IMG/VR virus record: IMGVR_UViG_3300025120_000020
DNA length: 64,000 bases
Reading direction: 5' to 3' (one strand)
Origin: a virus
Program-made: the position numbers and the translations under genes
Notes under the pieces: generated by a model
What the model was told of the DNA's origin: nothing
Database searches by the model: none
The model's input: only the letters and a program-made list of their open reading frames with translations
Part shown: positions 19,084 through 30,066 of the stretch, in pieces
Numbering within the stretch: position 1 is the stretch's first letter
How the letters are laid out: each line of letters begins with the position of its first letter

Positions 19084-22000
19084 TTAATATCCCGGCCCCA
19101 ATAGTGGCCGCTCACTACCCGAAAGAGCGTTATTGTCTTTTTTTCTAGCCGCAGTATCGGCAGCAAGATTCTTTAGTATTGTGTTTTGGGCTTCTATTGC
19201 TGCTTTTGCAGTTGTGGCCATCTCAAAAACTGTCACTGATAAATTTGCTATTTCTGTCGAAGCGCTTGTGTATCCCTCAAGATCGGTAGCAGCATTAGCC
19301 AAAACCATCTCTGTTTCTTTGATGACTTTTGTTAAACCCTCAACATCAAAAGCGGCGGCATAATTTTGCATTTGTGTTTTTATAGCCTCTTGTTGGGTCG
19401 CTAAAGCTCTCATTTGTTCTTCATTAGCGGTTAGCGCCTTATCAAAAGCATCTTCGTCTACGCCAGCAGACATAAACCTTTCTTTTAATGAAAGTCCAGA
19501 TGCGTCTACTTGTTCTCCACCAATGGCTCTCTTTCTAGCAACCATTGAACGATCTTCGGGAGTCATAGTCCCAATAGTAATATCTTTTATAAGCTTTTGC
19601 CTTCCTTCGTTAAGGCTGGAAGTAGCTTCGCTAATTTGAGCAACTAATTCAGCCATTCTTACGGATTGTTCATCTCCAGAAAGGCTGCTATTTCTGATAT
19701 TTTTTAACTCTTCTTGGAATCTGCCGACAATACCAAGGTCGAATATTTCACCAGTCCCTGCTTTAGTCATGTCAGACACATTTACATCGCTTCTAGCTTT
19801 ATCTCGTTCTGATATAAGATTTAACCTATCTTTTGCAGCTGCTCTTAATTCTTTAGTAACTTCATTTTGCTTTTGCTGCATGAATATCGCGCCTTCTTTA
19901 ACTCTTGCTTTAAAATCCTCTGAAGCTTTCTTTAATTCTTCTGCAAGACCTTTGTCCCCCGGCGCTGCGGCCACTTGACTCGTTAATTGTTGAATTAGAT
20001 TTTGAGCTTGAGTCGTTTCTCCAGTCATTGAAGATATACTAAAATCTCTTTTCAAAAGACTTGCGAATGGCCCCTCCTTTCCAGTCATTAAGCTCCCACC
20101 TATGAATGATTTTTCGCGTTCCTCCAAGAGTGATTTTCCCACCCTCTCAGCAATGAGATTTTTTCTTTCTTTTTCTAATGCAATTTCATTTTTCTTGATT
20201 TGATTTACATTCGCCTGAATCTTTGCTGCATTTTTTAGTGTGAAGGCAGTCTTTCGGGTTACTCTTTGAAATTCTTCTTCAAGTCTAGTGCGATCATTTG
20301 CAGAGATCTTAGAGTCGGACAATGCCTTTGTAAGCTGCTCTAGCTCCCGCGAAGTATCAAGAGACGCGATTCCAGTGTCTTTAGCTAATGTGCTTAACCT
20401 TTTTTGAATTTCTTTTTGACCGATCCTTCTACCTCGACCAGCAAGCGTGTCTCCAGCGTTATCACCTCCTTTCATTATACCCGACATAATAAACGTTCTA
20501 AGCTTCTTTACCTCAGCACCTCGTTTCTCGTCTGCCGAGAGTTTTGCGTTTTTCGCTTCAATCTTATTGGCTTCTTCCGTCATTGCTCTTGAATCCAGCA
20601 CCGCCTTTCCAAAACCCACCATAGCACCAGCCGCTGCGCCCAGTGGCCCACCAATCATAGCTCCAGCCGCAGCGAATGTTGTGATTGTGCTAGTTGCGTC
20701 CGTAAAAGCGGCAGCTGTATCCGCCCCTGCTGCTTCAAGAGGCGATGAAAAAGCACCTACAGCTTGCCCAGCCATACTAAGCCCCATACCCCCTCTCATA
20801 GAGGGAGTTCTATTTCTTAAAGCTCTGCCAGTAACACCACCAATCCTTGAATTCGCTATACCAGATCCAATTTGGCGAGCGGGGTGCATAAGATTAGCTC
20901 CAAATTGACGAACATTTCCTAAGCTAGGTCTTGCTAAGTTTCCCGCTCTAGCCCCCAAATTAGAAATGCCAGACCCGATTCGTCCAACTCTTTGGCCTAC
21001 TCCAGATCCGACTTTAGATATATTTGACCCAGCCCTATTTATAAATTGTCCAGCCCTTGAATTGTTGAAATTTTGTTGCGCTTGTGCAGCGCGTTGCTTC
21101 TTAACGAGATCGCTAACTATTTTTTGATTTCGTTTTTTAATGTCTTTAATCGGGTCTTTTCCTTTTCCCTTGCCTCCTGATCCCGCCATTCCCATGCCCA
21201 TCGCCAAGAACATCAGTGAGTCCATGTCCATACCCATAGACCCTTCATTGTATCTTTTGATTTTTAGGTTGGGCAATGAGCCTTTTGCGAAATTCCCTAG
21301 CCTACTAGCTCTTTGTGCGCTAACTGCTTTCCTTCTAGATACTCTAAGGTTCGTTCCTTTTTTGTCATGTTCTCTGGCAGCTTGTGCTTTAACTTCGCCT
21401 TCGGTGAAAGATCCAGCCCCCTTCTCTCTTCTTACTTTTCTTACGAATGATCTCTTGTTTCCATCAGAGCTAGAATTTTTAAAATCACCAATAGTCTGAC
21501 GTATCCCAAAAAGCTTTTGAATTTTGCTGATATTTGGCCCTCCTCTAACATCAAAATCACCACCCAAATCTCTTTCTCTAGCTTCATATTGTAAAGATTT
21601 GCTTATGCCCACTTCAAATGCAGATCCAATAGCACCGTTCAAAGCTCCTTTGGCTCCACGGATAGAGTCAAATCCTTTTGCTATTTCAGATACTGGGGCA
21701 GATTTATCTAATGGTTTGATCCTTGAAGTCCAATCAGCAGCCTCTTTAAATAAAGTGTTTTTAACTTTTTCCTCTAGAGAATCTTCTGTCTTGTCAGAGA
21801 TTCCTTTAATTTGGGATGACTTTATTCCATGAATTTGATGAGTCGCTTTGTGCTTCACTTTATCCACCGTCATTGGACCGAAAGAACTTCTTTCGTCTAT
21901 TTTTGGAGTCAAAAATACGAAACGATCTCCAAGTTGTTTATCATTCGCAATATTAGTCCCTTCGGCTGATCCTTTTTTCCCTTTAAATATTTTCCTCTTC

Positions 22001-23790
22001 CCGCTACCTTTGTTAAATCTAGGGATTTGATCTTCGCGTAAAATCTCTTCTCTTCCATTAATGCGAACTTGCATTTCGGAAGTGTTCATGACAGCGGGGC
22101 TACCTCTAAAATTAGTAACGAAAGGCGTTGCTCCTCTAGGAGCATCTCTAGCCTCATTCATCATGGCAGACATCAAGTTTGGTTCCATTTCTCCTGCTCC
22201 TCCAGCAGCGAAGCGCTTGCCTCCCTTGCCAGCAAAACCACCTGTTCCACTAAATCCTCTAACACCCTTTGAAGCAGCTAGCATACCGATCCTTCTTACT
22301 AGCTGTTCTTGTTGAGTTAATAATTGGTTTTCTTTTTGAATGGCCGCGATTACAGCTTGTTCTTTTTGAGCTTGTGTAGCCGTGGTGCTTGCGAGCACCT
22401 TTCTTAAGTTAGCGTCTTTTTGTAATAAGCTAACAATACCACCTTCAATATTCTTAATTCTTTCGGTAGCAGAACCCATCTGCATAACAGTCTTAAATCC
22501 ATCTTTAGCAAATTTAAGAACTGTCCCGAAAATTTTAGCGAAAGCAACTGTAAAGATAGCCAACCCCGGCCCAGATAAAAAGCCTCCAATAATTTTAAAT
22601 AAACCCTGTATAAACTTATTACCCTTTTCTGGATCGAATGCTCCATCAAGCATCTCTGAAAATTTAGTGGCAAGCCCAACTAAATTCTTTAAAAGTGGTC
22701 CGAAAGTAATGCCACCCAGTTTTGCTCCTAAGCTTGTAACAGAGACAACAAGGGAATTAATTTGAGCTGCAAGCTGCTCATTAAGTGCAATGTTTTTACT
22801 TGTAGCTTCATTAGTAGCATTAAAAGATTTTGATGTAGCTTGTCCAAAAACAGAAGCTTCACTCCCAATATCTTTTAACGCAGCACTAACAACGTTGATT
22901 TGGAAAACTCCACCAGCGAGTTCTTTAATTTTACTTGCTACAGTGGGATCTGATATATTGTCTAAAGCTTTAGAGAGTGCCTGTAGTTTTTGAACTCCAG
23001 TCTGGGTGGCATTAATCTCAACTCCCAACGACTTAAGATCTTCAATGGTAGTTCCCCTGCTCAAGCGAGTAAAAATTGATTTAAAAGCGTTACCAATAAC
23101 GGCTCCACCTCGCGCAGTTCTCTGCTCAACAGCAGTAATTAGTCCCAGTAGTTCATCAAAACTAACTCCAGCATCTTCAGCCGTAGACCCAGCTCGACTA
23201 AAACCCTCCGCAAGGTCTTGAGCGGAAACAGCAAAAGCCGTATCGACAGCAACAATTTTGTTGACCACTTGCTCCGCACTAAGTCCAGCAGAGGTGAAAC
23301 CATTCATAGCTGCCGTCAGAGCCTTTACAGACTGTTCTGCTCCCAGCCCAGATATTCTGGTTAATATAAGGGAAGCTTGCAACCTTCTAGCACTTTCTGT
23401 AGCGCTCAAACCCTGCCTCGCAAGTTCAGCAGCACCTTCAGCTACAGTCTCAAATGACTGCCCTGTAACTTTGGCCACTTGAAAAATTGAATTTCTATAT
23501 TTATTAAACTCTGAAGCTCCTGCTCCCAAGATTGAGTTAATTTCAACTAATTTAGATTGAACGGTTACTGTAGTGGAGAGGAGAGCTTTAAATGATTGGG
23601 TTACTCCATTAATAATAGCAGTCGTTGCTCCGAACGCAAAAACACGAGCAGTAGAAGCATCTAGTGATTTTTGGAACTCAGAAGCTTGACCTGTAATTCT
23701 ACCTAAAGCTTGCTGCACCTGCTTCGCAGAGGCATTGATACTAGCTGGGTTTAGGTTTAGATTAGCATTAATATTTAGTGGAGCAGCCAT
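19084..23790 (-). CDS. Tail tape measure protein (about 1568 aa)
   Basis: TP901-type core (VAEGAAELARQGLS, AVSAQDLAEGFSRAGSTAEDAGVSFDELLGLITA, GGAVIGNAFKSIFTRL), Ala/Gly-rich, coiled-coil C-terminus; ATG at 23790. Confidence 0.92.
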   Translation of the reverse strand: MAAPLNINANLNLNPASINASAKQVQQALGRITGQASEFQKSLDASTARVFAFGATTAIINGVTQSFKALLSTTVTVQSKLVEINSILGAGASEFNKYRNSIFQVAKVTGQSFETVAEGAAELARQGLSATESARRLQASLILTRISGLGAEQSVKALTAAMNGFTSAGLSAEQVVNKIVAVDTAFAVSAQDLAEGFSRAGSTAEDAGVSFDELLGLITAVEQRTARGGAVIGNAFKSIFTRLSRGTTIEDLKSLGVEINATQTGVQKLQALSKALDNISDPTVASKIKELAGGVFQINVVSAALKDIGSEASVFGQATSKSFNATNEATSKNIALNEQLAAQINSLVVSVTSLGAKLGGITFGPLLKNLVGLATKFSEMLDGAFDPEKGNKFIQGLFKIIGGFLSGPGLAIFTVAFAKIFGTVLKFAKDGFKTVMQMGSATERIKNIEGGIVSLLQKDANLRKVLASTTATQAQKEQAVIAAIQKENQLLTQQEQLVRRIGMLAASKGVRGFSGTGGFAGKGGKRFAAGGAGEMEPNLMSAMMNEARDAPRGATPFVTNFRGSPAVMNTSEMQVRINGREEILREDQIPRFNKGSGKRKIFKGKKGSAEGTNIANDKQLGDRFVFLTPKIDERSSFGPMTVDKVKHKATHQIHGIKSSQIKGISDKTEDSLEEKVKNTLFKEAADWTSRIKPLDKSAPVSEIAKGFDSIRGAKGALNGAIGSAFEVGISKSLQYEARERDLGGDFDVRGGPNISKIQKLFGIRQTIGDFKNSSSDGNKRSFVRKVRREKGAGSFTEGEVKAQAAREHDKKGTNLRVSRRKAVSAQRASRLGNFAKGSLPNLKIKRYNEGSMGMDMDSLMFLAMGMGMAGSGGKGKGKDPIKDIKKRNQKIVSDLVKKQRAAQAQQNFNNSRAGQFINRAGSNISKVGSGVGQRVGRIGSGISNLGARAGNLARPSLGNVRQFGANLMHPARQIGSGIANSRIGGVTGRALRNRTPSMRGGMGLSMAGQAVGAFSSPLEAAGADTAAAFTDATSTITTFAAAGAMIGGPLGAAAGAMVGFGKAVLDSRAMTEEANKIEAKNAKLSADEKRGAEVKKLRTFIMSGIMKGGDNAGDTLAGRGRRIGQKEIQKRLSTLAKDTGIASLDTSRELEQLTKALSDSKISANDRTRLEEEFQRVTRKTAFTLKNAAKIQANVNQIKKNEIALEKERKNLIAERVGKSLLEEREKSFIGGSLMTGKEGPFASLLKRDFSISSMTGETTQAQNLIQQLTSQVAAAPGDKGLAEELKKASEDFKARVKEGAIFMQQKQNEVTKELRAAAKDRLNLISERDKARSDVNVSDMTKAGTGEIFDLGIVGRFQEELKNIRNSSLSGDEQSVRMAELVAQISEATSSLNEGRQKLIKDITIGTMTPEDRSMVARKRAIGGEQVDASGLSLKERFMSAGVDEDAFDKALTANEEQMRALATQQEAIKTQMQNYAAAFDVEGLTKVIKETEMVLANAATDLEGYTSASTEIANLSVTVFEMATTAKAAIEAQNTILKNLAADTAARKKDNNALSGSERPLLGPGY

Positions 23791-23804
23791 TGTAATTAAA
23801 TACA

Positions 23805-24662
23805 CTAAAAGTCTTCAGCAGTCAGCTTTCCTCCTTTTTGTGCCATTTTTGCTCTAAGGTCAGAGACCCCTTCTTTGACTTTATCTCCCTGCGCCCTATC
23901 TTCTTTTGGCTGGAAATTATATATTTTTACAGCGTCTTCCCTAATGTCATCAGGAATATCAAGATTTTTAAGTTTACTCAAAAGGACGGAAGCGTAAGAT
24001 AATAGGTTTTTTTGCCATATTGTTATTTTGTAAATGTTTGTGTCAAGAATCTGATTTGGATCTCTATAATTTAAACAATATACATCAAAAAAGTAAGATT
24101 CATAAGAGACTTTCAATAAATTCTCAATATTTGTTAGTTCTTCTATCTTTGAATTAACCTCTGAAATTAAAAAAAACAAATCTTCCTCATTTACATTTCT
24201 AGTCATCTCCTTATCGTAAAAGAGGCTTAGACTTATTTCCTTATTAGCCCTTTTTCTTTTTCCTAGATTTTCAGCGCTATGATTAGTAAATTGATTCTTT
24301 TTTGTTTCTAATTCAGTAAGCTGACCTAACTGTTTTGCAACAGAATCTTCAAAAGCTTTTTTAGTATTATTATCTGCTATTTTTGCAGAAGCCTTTTTGG
24401 ACTTTTCAATAATCCATTTTAAGTCCTTCATTGAAGACTCTTCCTCTTTCGACCACCCTCCTCTATTTATTGCTAACTCTAGAAGCTCATCTTCGCCCTT
24501 GATACCTTGCTTTTTAGCTTCAGTAATACAATCTAACTCAAACTCTTCAAGCTTTAAGCTATCATATACTCCAAAATGTTTGAAGTAATAGTTTTTATAC
24601 TTGTGAGTTATTTTACTGTAACCTCGCAGTATATCTAAGAGTAGTGAATTGCACTTGTTCAT
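23805..24662 (-). CDS. Probable tail assembly chaperone
   Basis: Directly upstream of the tape measure; helical and charged. Confidence 0.45.
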   Translation of the reverse strand: MNKCNSLLLDILRGYSKITHKYKNYYFKHFGVYDSLKLEEFELDCITEAKKQGIKGEDELLELAINRGGWSKEEESSMKDLKWIIEKSKKASAKIADNNTKKAFEDSVAKQLGQLTELETKKNQFTNHSAENLGKRKRANKEISLSLFYDKEMTRNVNEEDLFFLISEVNSKIEELTNIENLLKVSYESYFFDVYCLNYRDPNQILDTNIYKITIWQKNLLSYASVLLSKLKNLDIPDDIREDAVKIYNFQPKEDRAQGDKVKEGVSDLRAKMAQKGGKLTAEDF

Positions 24663-25441
24663 TCATCACCGAAGACATCTTTCATTTTCTCTTCGATCTC
24701 TTTTTGATTCGCTCCCATTTTGTTATACCACAAATTAGCGACCCTAGCTAAAGTCTCAAAGGATAAATCAAAAATTGCCTTGTTGTCTAAAAGAGAAATG
24801 TCTTCAATGTCTTCCTCATCTTCACACAACTGCAAGTAATGCTTTCGCTTCTGATCAAAATCGTCTCCCAAGAATAAAGGGAAGACTTCTACGGAATCAT
24901 TTACCTTATCTTCATAATAAGAAAAGTTAAAGATAAACCATTCAATAAGCTTCTGCTCTGCTTTTGCTTCTGCCGTCTGGTTGTATTGAATTCGATAAAA
25001 CTCTTCGAACTCCGCTACAGTTCTTTGTGTTTCAGCAAATGTTGCTTTTGCTTCTTCAAGTTTTTTTTCCTGCTCTTCATCAAGGTCTTTCTGGCCTTCG
25101 TAAAATTCAATAATCTTGGCAGCTTCCATATTTTCAACAAAAGCTTTATTGATTATCTCATTACTCAACTTAGAAGAAGAACCTCCTGAGTCGCCAATTT
25201 TATTGTTAAGCAGGAATCTGGTTAAATATCCAGCGTTGATAAAATCATTATACTGCTGACCATAAAAGAACTCTGCATTTTCAATCTCAGCAAAAGAAGG
25301 TTTAGCGAACACAACCCTATTAGAGATAGTTTTAGTTTTTATTTTCGAGGTTTCTACGATCTCCCCTTTAGCGTTCTCTTTCTCTACCGAAACCTTTTGC
25401 TTGACTTTTCTTTTAATTGGGAATGAATACAGCTCTTTCAT
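24659..25441 (-). CDS. Probable tail assembly chaperone
   Basis: Between tail tube and tape measure; ATGA overlap with the next gene. Confidence 0.45.
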   Translation of the reverse strand: MKELYSFPIKRKVKQKVSVEKENAKGEIVETSKIKTKTISNRVVFAKPSFAEIENAEFFYGQQYNDFINAGYLTRFLLNNKIGDSGGSSSKLSNEIINKAFVENMEAAKIIEFYEGQKDLDEEQEKKLEEAKATFAETQRTVAEFEEFYRIQYNQTAEAKAEQKLIEWFIFNFSYYEDKVNDSVEVFPLFLGDDFDQKRKHYLQLCEDEEDIEDISLLDNKAIFDLSFETLARVANLWYNKMGANQKEIEEKMKDVFGDE

Positions 25442-25491
25442 AAACTTTTTACGAAATATTATCGTAAAAAAAACAAATATATCAACAAATA

Positions 25492-25863
25492 CTAAAAAAT
25501 ATATTCGATCTCAATAGTGGAATCTCCATGTTTTTCAAACTCAATGTGGTCAAAGCCAGTTGAACCAGAAACATTATTTGCGATTAGAGCATCATCAATA
25601 AAATAAGAATAAGTGTCATTTCTCTTCATGTGAACTGAAATATCAAATGAATTATTAGGAGAATAACCCCCAACAAACCTACCTGATTGATCAAAAATAT
25701 ACCCCACGCTTCCAGAAAAAACAAACCCACTATTCAGTAACCCATCTCCTCCAGCATTGCCAGTCCCAGCAGCTACAGAGAATCCAGAAAAAGTATCATC
25801 AATAGAAATAGTTAAATTTGTAATTGATTCTTCATAACCATCGACTTGTTGGTAAACCTTCAT
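25492..25863 (-). CDS. Small virion-associated protein
   Basis: 123 aa, SG/TG-rich, preceded by GTGTA motif. Confidence 0.45.
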   Translation of the reverse strand: MKVYQQVDGYEESITNLTISIDDTFSGFSVAAGTGNAGGDGLLNSGFVFSGSVGYIFDQSGRFVGGYSPNNSFDISVHMKRNDTYSYFIDDALIANNVSGSTGFDHIEFEKHGDSTIEIEYIF

Positions 25864-25883
25864 TCTCTATATATTACACAAAA

Positions 25884-25913
25884 AAACAGCCCCACCTTTC
25901 GGTGAGGCTGTTT
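25884..25913 (-). terminator. Intrinsic terminator after tail tube gene
   Basis: AAACAGCCCCACC-TTTC-GGTGAGGCTGTTT stem with T-tract on the minus strand. Confidence 0.75.
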
Positions 25914-25929
25914 GTATTTTTAAAATAGA

Positions 25930-27141
25930 TTAACTAATTGGTTGAGCAGTCAACTTGTTATTTGTTCCACTTACAACAGTAAAGGCTGGAACATCAGCCT
26001 GTGGGAAGAAGAACAGCCCTTGGTCAGTGGTAGAAGCACCACCGATTTGAGCAGAGAAAGTGAGATCAACAGTTTCGTTATCATCAAGTCCTTGCGAGAA
26101 TGACTGACTATCAAGAACAGCTCCACTAAGAACATACTCTACTGCGGCTGCGCCATCGTTTGTAATGTTCAATGTGATGTTAGTCTTATTATTCTCAGCA
26201 GTTCCAGTCAAAGCATACTCAAGTGCGCCTGAAGCAAAGTCCCTAGTAAGAGTATTGACGCTCATAGTAACGTCAATTGGGAATTCAAGGAGTTTGGCAT
26301 AAGCCAACTCATTTCCAAGAGCCTCAATAACTTCACGAGCTAATGGAAGCTCAACAGAAGCACTTTGAATAGGTAAAGCACTAAAGGTAGGTCCACCAAT
26401 TTTCGAAACTCCATCAGTCCCATCATTGAAAGTAATAGTTACATCTTGAGGACGAAGAACCAATGGAAGATTGTCAGCATCAGAACTTGGAGCAGGAAGT
26501 TTAACAATCCCAGTGTGAGTTCTTTCTCCTTCCAAGTCTAGCGATGGGTTAAGCAGACCAGAATTAATTCCAGTATAGAAAACCACATTAGAAGCTTGCA
26601 TTTCAATATCAGCCCGTGGGATCTCTCCAACACTGAAGTTTGCACTGTAGCTGGAAAGGAAACAGTTTCCGAATCCAACAACATCGTGGTTATCTTCATT
26701 TGTTATCATTGTTGCCTCCGTTTCATTAAAAGCATCTTCTCCCTCTGCAACTGTTAGTAGGAAAATATTGCGCTCTTTAAGAATAGGATCTTCTGTCAAT
26801 TGTCCAGAACACATTTGACCCTTAACTGATGCCGTTGATTTCTGGAAACCAAGAGCCAATTCATTTTCTCCATCCCCCAAGAAGTATCCGAAACTTAAAG
26901 TTGGATTCACTTCAGTAAGGTTAACGGTTCCGATTCGTGCTAATTGACCAAATTCTCTGACATCTTGACGCGCTCCAGCGAGATCCATTTCGAATGAAAA
27001 GGTATCAACACGATGCAGGTGATGACCTGTTACCATGCTATTGCCAGTTAAAGGAGTTCCTGCTTCGGGATATGCGCCCCATCCAGTAGGAGTTACATAG
27101 ACCGCCTTGTTTTGTGAAATTACTCTTGTTCTTGTAGCCAT
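25930..27141 (-). CDS. Major tail (tube) protein
   Basis: Follows head-tail genes and is followed by a terminator; beta-rich (RQDVREFGQLARIG, PIQSASVELPLAREVIEALG). Confidence 0.7.
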   Translation of the reverse strand: MATRTRVISQNKAVYVTPTGWGAYPEAGTPLTGNSMVTGHHLHRVDTFSFEMDLAGARQDVREFGQLARIGTVNLTEVNPTLSFGYFLGDGENELALGFQKSTASVKGQMCSGQLTEDPILKERNIFLLTVAEGEDAFNETEATMITNEDNHDVVGFGNCFLSSYSANFSVGEIPRADIEMQASNVVFYTGINSGLLNPSLDLEGERTHTGIVKLPAPSSDADNLPLVLRPQDVTITFNDGTDGVSKIGGPTFSALPIQSASVELPLAREVIEALGNELAYAKLLEFPIDVTMSVNTLTRDFASGALEYALTGTAENNKTNITLNITNDGAAAVEYVLSGAVLDSQSFSQGLDDNETVDLTFSAQIGGASTTDQGLFFFPQADVPAFTVVSGTNNKLTAQPIS

Positions 27142-27176
27142 ATTTATATAAAAAGGTTTACCTTAAATACACTGAT

Positions 27177-28055
27177 TTAAGACCTTGGGAAACGATAGGT
27201 TGATAAATCAAAGTCTAAGAATGCTATAGAGAAGTCTTTATTCAGTTTTTCTCGCAAAGCCTCAGAAACAACTTTTGAAGCTGTAACGCTATCAATATAA
27301 GAACATAGAGGGCTAGTCCCTTGATTTCCTACAATGCCAGTATAAGTATAAGGAAAATCTTTTACAGAGTAAGAATAAGCATATGGGAACTCCTCATAAG
27401 GAATGTGAGTTACTTTTTCTCTTACGGTATCTCTAAGCCTAGAAATAACAGAATCTAAAATATAAGAATCTTTAGTTAAAATCATGACACGAACCCTACT
27501 TTGAGTGTTTTCCTCCCCACCAAATGCGAACTCTTCATTCTCAGAAGAAGCTAGAGAAACAAAACAAGCTGGAAGGAAATAAGCCCCTTTGTCTATAATT
27601 CCTGTTTCATTATAAAAGTAAGGCGAATCTTGCCCATTCTCTAAAAAATCAGAATAGACCAAAAACTCTACATCATCATCGTGAGAGATGTAAGTATTTA
27701 CTTCTTTTACAGAATAAGTCCCAGATATATTTAATCCAGTTCCAGAAGCTTCAGGAAATAAAAGTCTTCCATTTTCGTAATCAGTATGAACCCCTCCATT
27801 TGCACTAGAATCTCCAGTGACAAGACCCCCGCTCACCATAAACCCAGAGTTTACAACATCGATATCATAATCAGCGACAAGTTGACGATACTCTCCCTGA
27901 TAACCAACCATATCAGCAGGAATATCATCAAAATCTACATAGCGAAAATTATTGTCTAATCCAGTTATATAAGCTTTAGTGTCAGTCTTTAACAAGCGGT
28001 TTTCTAACCACAAGTAAAAACTGGACAATAAATTCTGATCAAATTGAGCTTTCAT
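27177..28055 (-). CDS. Tail terminator or neck protein
   Basis: Synteny: immediately upstream of the tail tube. Confidence 0.45.
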   Translation of the reverse strand: MKAQFDQNLLSSFYLWLENRLLKTDTKAYITGLDNNFRYVDFDDIPADMVGYQGEYRQLVADYDIDVVNSGFMVSGGLVTGDSSANGGVHTDYENGRLLFPEASGTGLNISGTYSVKEVNTYISHDDDVEFLVYSDFLENGQDSPYFYNETGIIDKGAYFLPACFVSLASSENEEFAFGGEENTQSRVRVMILTKDSYILDSVISRLRDTVREKVTHIPYEEFPYAYSYSVKDFPYTYTGIVGNQGTSPLCSYIDSVTASKVVSEALREKLNKDFSIAFLDFDLSTYRFPRS

Positions 28056-28675
28056 TTTATGATGTTTTTGTAAAACTTATCTACAAGTTTGGAGATATAG
28101 GGTTGGGTTTTGAAGTTAGTGGATCTTAAATTCTTTAAGACTTGTATCCCCGTCCCAGCTCTGGACTGATTCAAACCCCCTGCTTTATATAAGAAAGATC
28201 CTAAGTTCGAAATTCCCTTTTCTATACCGTCTGCCCAGCTAGATCCACTAGCCCAAGGTATTTGAGACACGCTAAAAAGTTCGTCTTTAGAAGGGGGGTT
28301 TGTGATAGATATTTTAAATCTACCATTAGATATTGCCCGAACTGTAACTACAAGTTTTTGTTTTAATATTTTTTCAATTCCTGCTGTTGGGTCAGACCCC
28401 TTATCAAAACCAATAAAAGAAAAAAGGTTTCCATAACCACCTAAAGTGCCAGAGCTATTTGAGGCATTTGGCCCAGCTTTAATTTCTTTCGTAACAGAAT
28501 GATTAAAAAAATCTTTAATTAAAGTTTTTTGTGCATCTTCAATAATAGGAACAACATATTTTCTTATTTCTCGCCCAGTAACTTTACCATTGTTGCCAGC
28601 AGTCACCTGCCTGAGAAGTGCGGCTTTGTTTATTGTTACTTTAAACCGAGTTGCTGATATAAATGCTTTAGCCAT
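28052..28675 (-). CDS. Tail completion or neck protein
   Basis: Synteny; basic protein; GNLFSFIGF, C-terminal QPYI. Confidence 0.45.
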   Translation of the reverse strand: MAKAFISATRFKVTINKAALLRQVTAGNNGKVTGREIRKYVVPIIEDAQKTLIKDFFNHSVTKEIKAGPNASNSSGTLGGYGNLFSFIGFDKGSDPTAGIEKILKQKLVVTVRAISNGRFKISITNPPSKDELFSVSQIPWASGSSWADGIEKGISNLGSFLYKAGGLNQSRAGTGIQVLKNLRSTNFKTQPYISKLVDKFYKNIIK

Positions 28676-29124
28676 TAGTTTTCTCGTTTAAGGGACACAG
28701 TATAGTATTGAGTCGAGAATGGTCCCACATTTTTAGCATCAGTATCTACAGTAAATAAAGCATCATCAATTTCAATCCTCGTAGAATCCTTTACCTTATC
28801 GTAACCATCTGAATCAACTTTGATTCTCACCTTACCATGAGAAGCAGTTAAATTAAATTGCGCTCCACCATCCACTACAGACTCACCCTGATTTGGCGCG
28901 TAGCTGACTCTAGCTTGCACTGTGTGCTTAACTAGCGTAGTTTGCGAACTCAACCTAGAGTCGTCCTTAGCCCTACCATACAGTGGATTATAGTTCAAAT
29001 TAGCGGGTCTTGTAGTCACCCTCTTCTCAATATAGACATAAATATCTCTAGCAAAAGTATCGTGAACTTCGCTTAACGCACTTTGGATTGCTGACTTTTG
29101 AGTAGATGTAAGTAATGAAGCCAT
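28675..29124 (-). CDS. Head closure (stopper) protein
   Basis: Synteny and size (149 aa, beta-rich). Confidence 0.45.
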   Translation of the reverse strand: MASLLTSTQKSAIQSALSEVHDTFARDIYVYIEKRVTTRPANLNYNPLYGRAKDDSRLSSQTTLVKHTVQARVSYAPNQGESVVDGGAQFNLTASHGKVRIKVDSDGYDKVKDSTRIEIDDALFTVDTDAKNVGPFSTQYYTVSLKREN

Positions 29125-29645
29125 TAGAATGATCTGTAAGAGCTTGTAGATTGGTATGCGTCAATATTGTCAACAGGATCAATTCCATCTCGGCCAAACA
29201 CCTGCAAGGGAGAAGACTTATATTGATTATAGCGGCCAACTAAGTCATTTAAACGATCAGAAGTATCAACCTTCAAGTCTCTGTATGTTTTCGCGACAGA
29301 GTTTTTGTTTTGTCTTTGAATGGTTGTATCGCCCTCTTTTAGAGTAATCCAATCCGTATCTCCTCCATAAGTGAACCCACGCAGAGAGTCTCTAGAAGCT
29401 TTCTCATAATAGTGGATCTCATAAAGGGTCGAGAAAATATTTTCTTCAATTGGCAATAAACCTGATCCAGTAGCAATTTCTATAGCCCCCGTATTATTAA
29501 CATAAAATTCTTCATTAGTAAGACCGTTAAGCTCGCCAATGTTAGCCTCAAGCCAACCAGAAATATAAGACACGGGAAATCTTACAGTGTCATCTGGAAA
29601 CTCGTAATTTACTATTTTTGTTGCTAGTGAGCCAAGATCATTCAT
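29124..29645 (-). CDS. Head-tail adaptor protein
   Basis: Synteny; WITLKEGDTTIQR resembles the adaptor beta-hairpin. Confidence 0.45.
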   Translation of the reverse strand: MNDLGSLATKIVNYEFPDDTVRFPVSYISGWLEANIGELNGLTNEEFYVNNTGAIEIATGSGLLPIEENIFSTLYEIHYYEKASRDSLRGFTYGGDTDWITLKEGDTTIQRQNKNSVAKTYRDLKVDTSDRLNDLVGRYNQYKSSPLQVFGRDGIDPVDNIDAYQSTSSYRSF

Positions 29646-29682
29646 TAAATAACCTTACAGTAAAACCAGTCTTTAGGGAATT

Positions 29683-30066
29683 CTATAGCTCAAACAGCTT
29701 TTTTACTTCATCGTAATTTTCAGCCTTTGGATCAACAACAGGTTGTGCTTGTCCCGCTACTGTTACGTTATTTTGTTGAACATAAATATCAAAGGACTTT
29801 AGTAAATTCTTCTTTAATACTGATGGAGTGTCAATAGAGGAAGCTGGTAGACCAACCCTTTGAGCAAGAGTCGTCATTTCTCCGACAGACATGCTACCCA
29901 GATTACTAGAAAAAACATTCTTGTTATTTGTGCCATATGGATTAACATCCTTAATCCCCAAAAGATCTTCTAATTCCTTTGTTTTTTGAATCTTCTCTTC
30001 TCGCTCAGAACGCTCTTTACCATCAATAACGTTAAACTCTTCTAAAAATTCTTTCTTATTCTCCAT
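29683..30066 (-). CDS. Hypothetical protein
   Basis: 127-aa ORF after the capsid terminator, preceded by GTGTA motif. Confidence 0.6.
   Translation of the reverse strand: MENKKEFLEEFNVIDGKERSEREEKIQKTKELEDLLGIKDVNPYGTNNKNVFSSNLGSMSVGEMTTLAQRVGLPASSIDTPSVLKKNLLKSFDIYVQQNNVTVAGQAQPVVDPKAENYDEVKKLFEL

Noticed and set aside
24640-24700. Programmed frameshift between the two putative tail chaperones
   Set aside because: No convincing slippery heptamer at the junction; a simple ATGA overlap explains it
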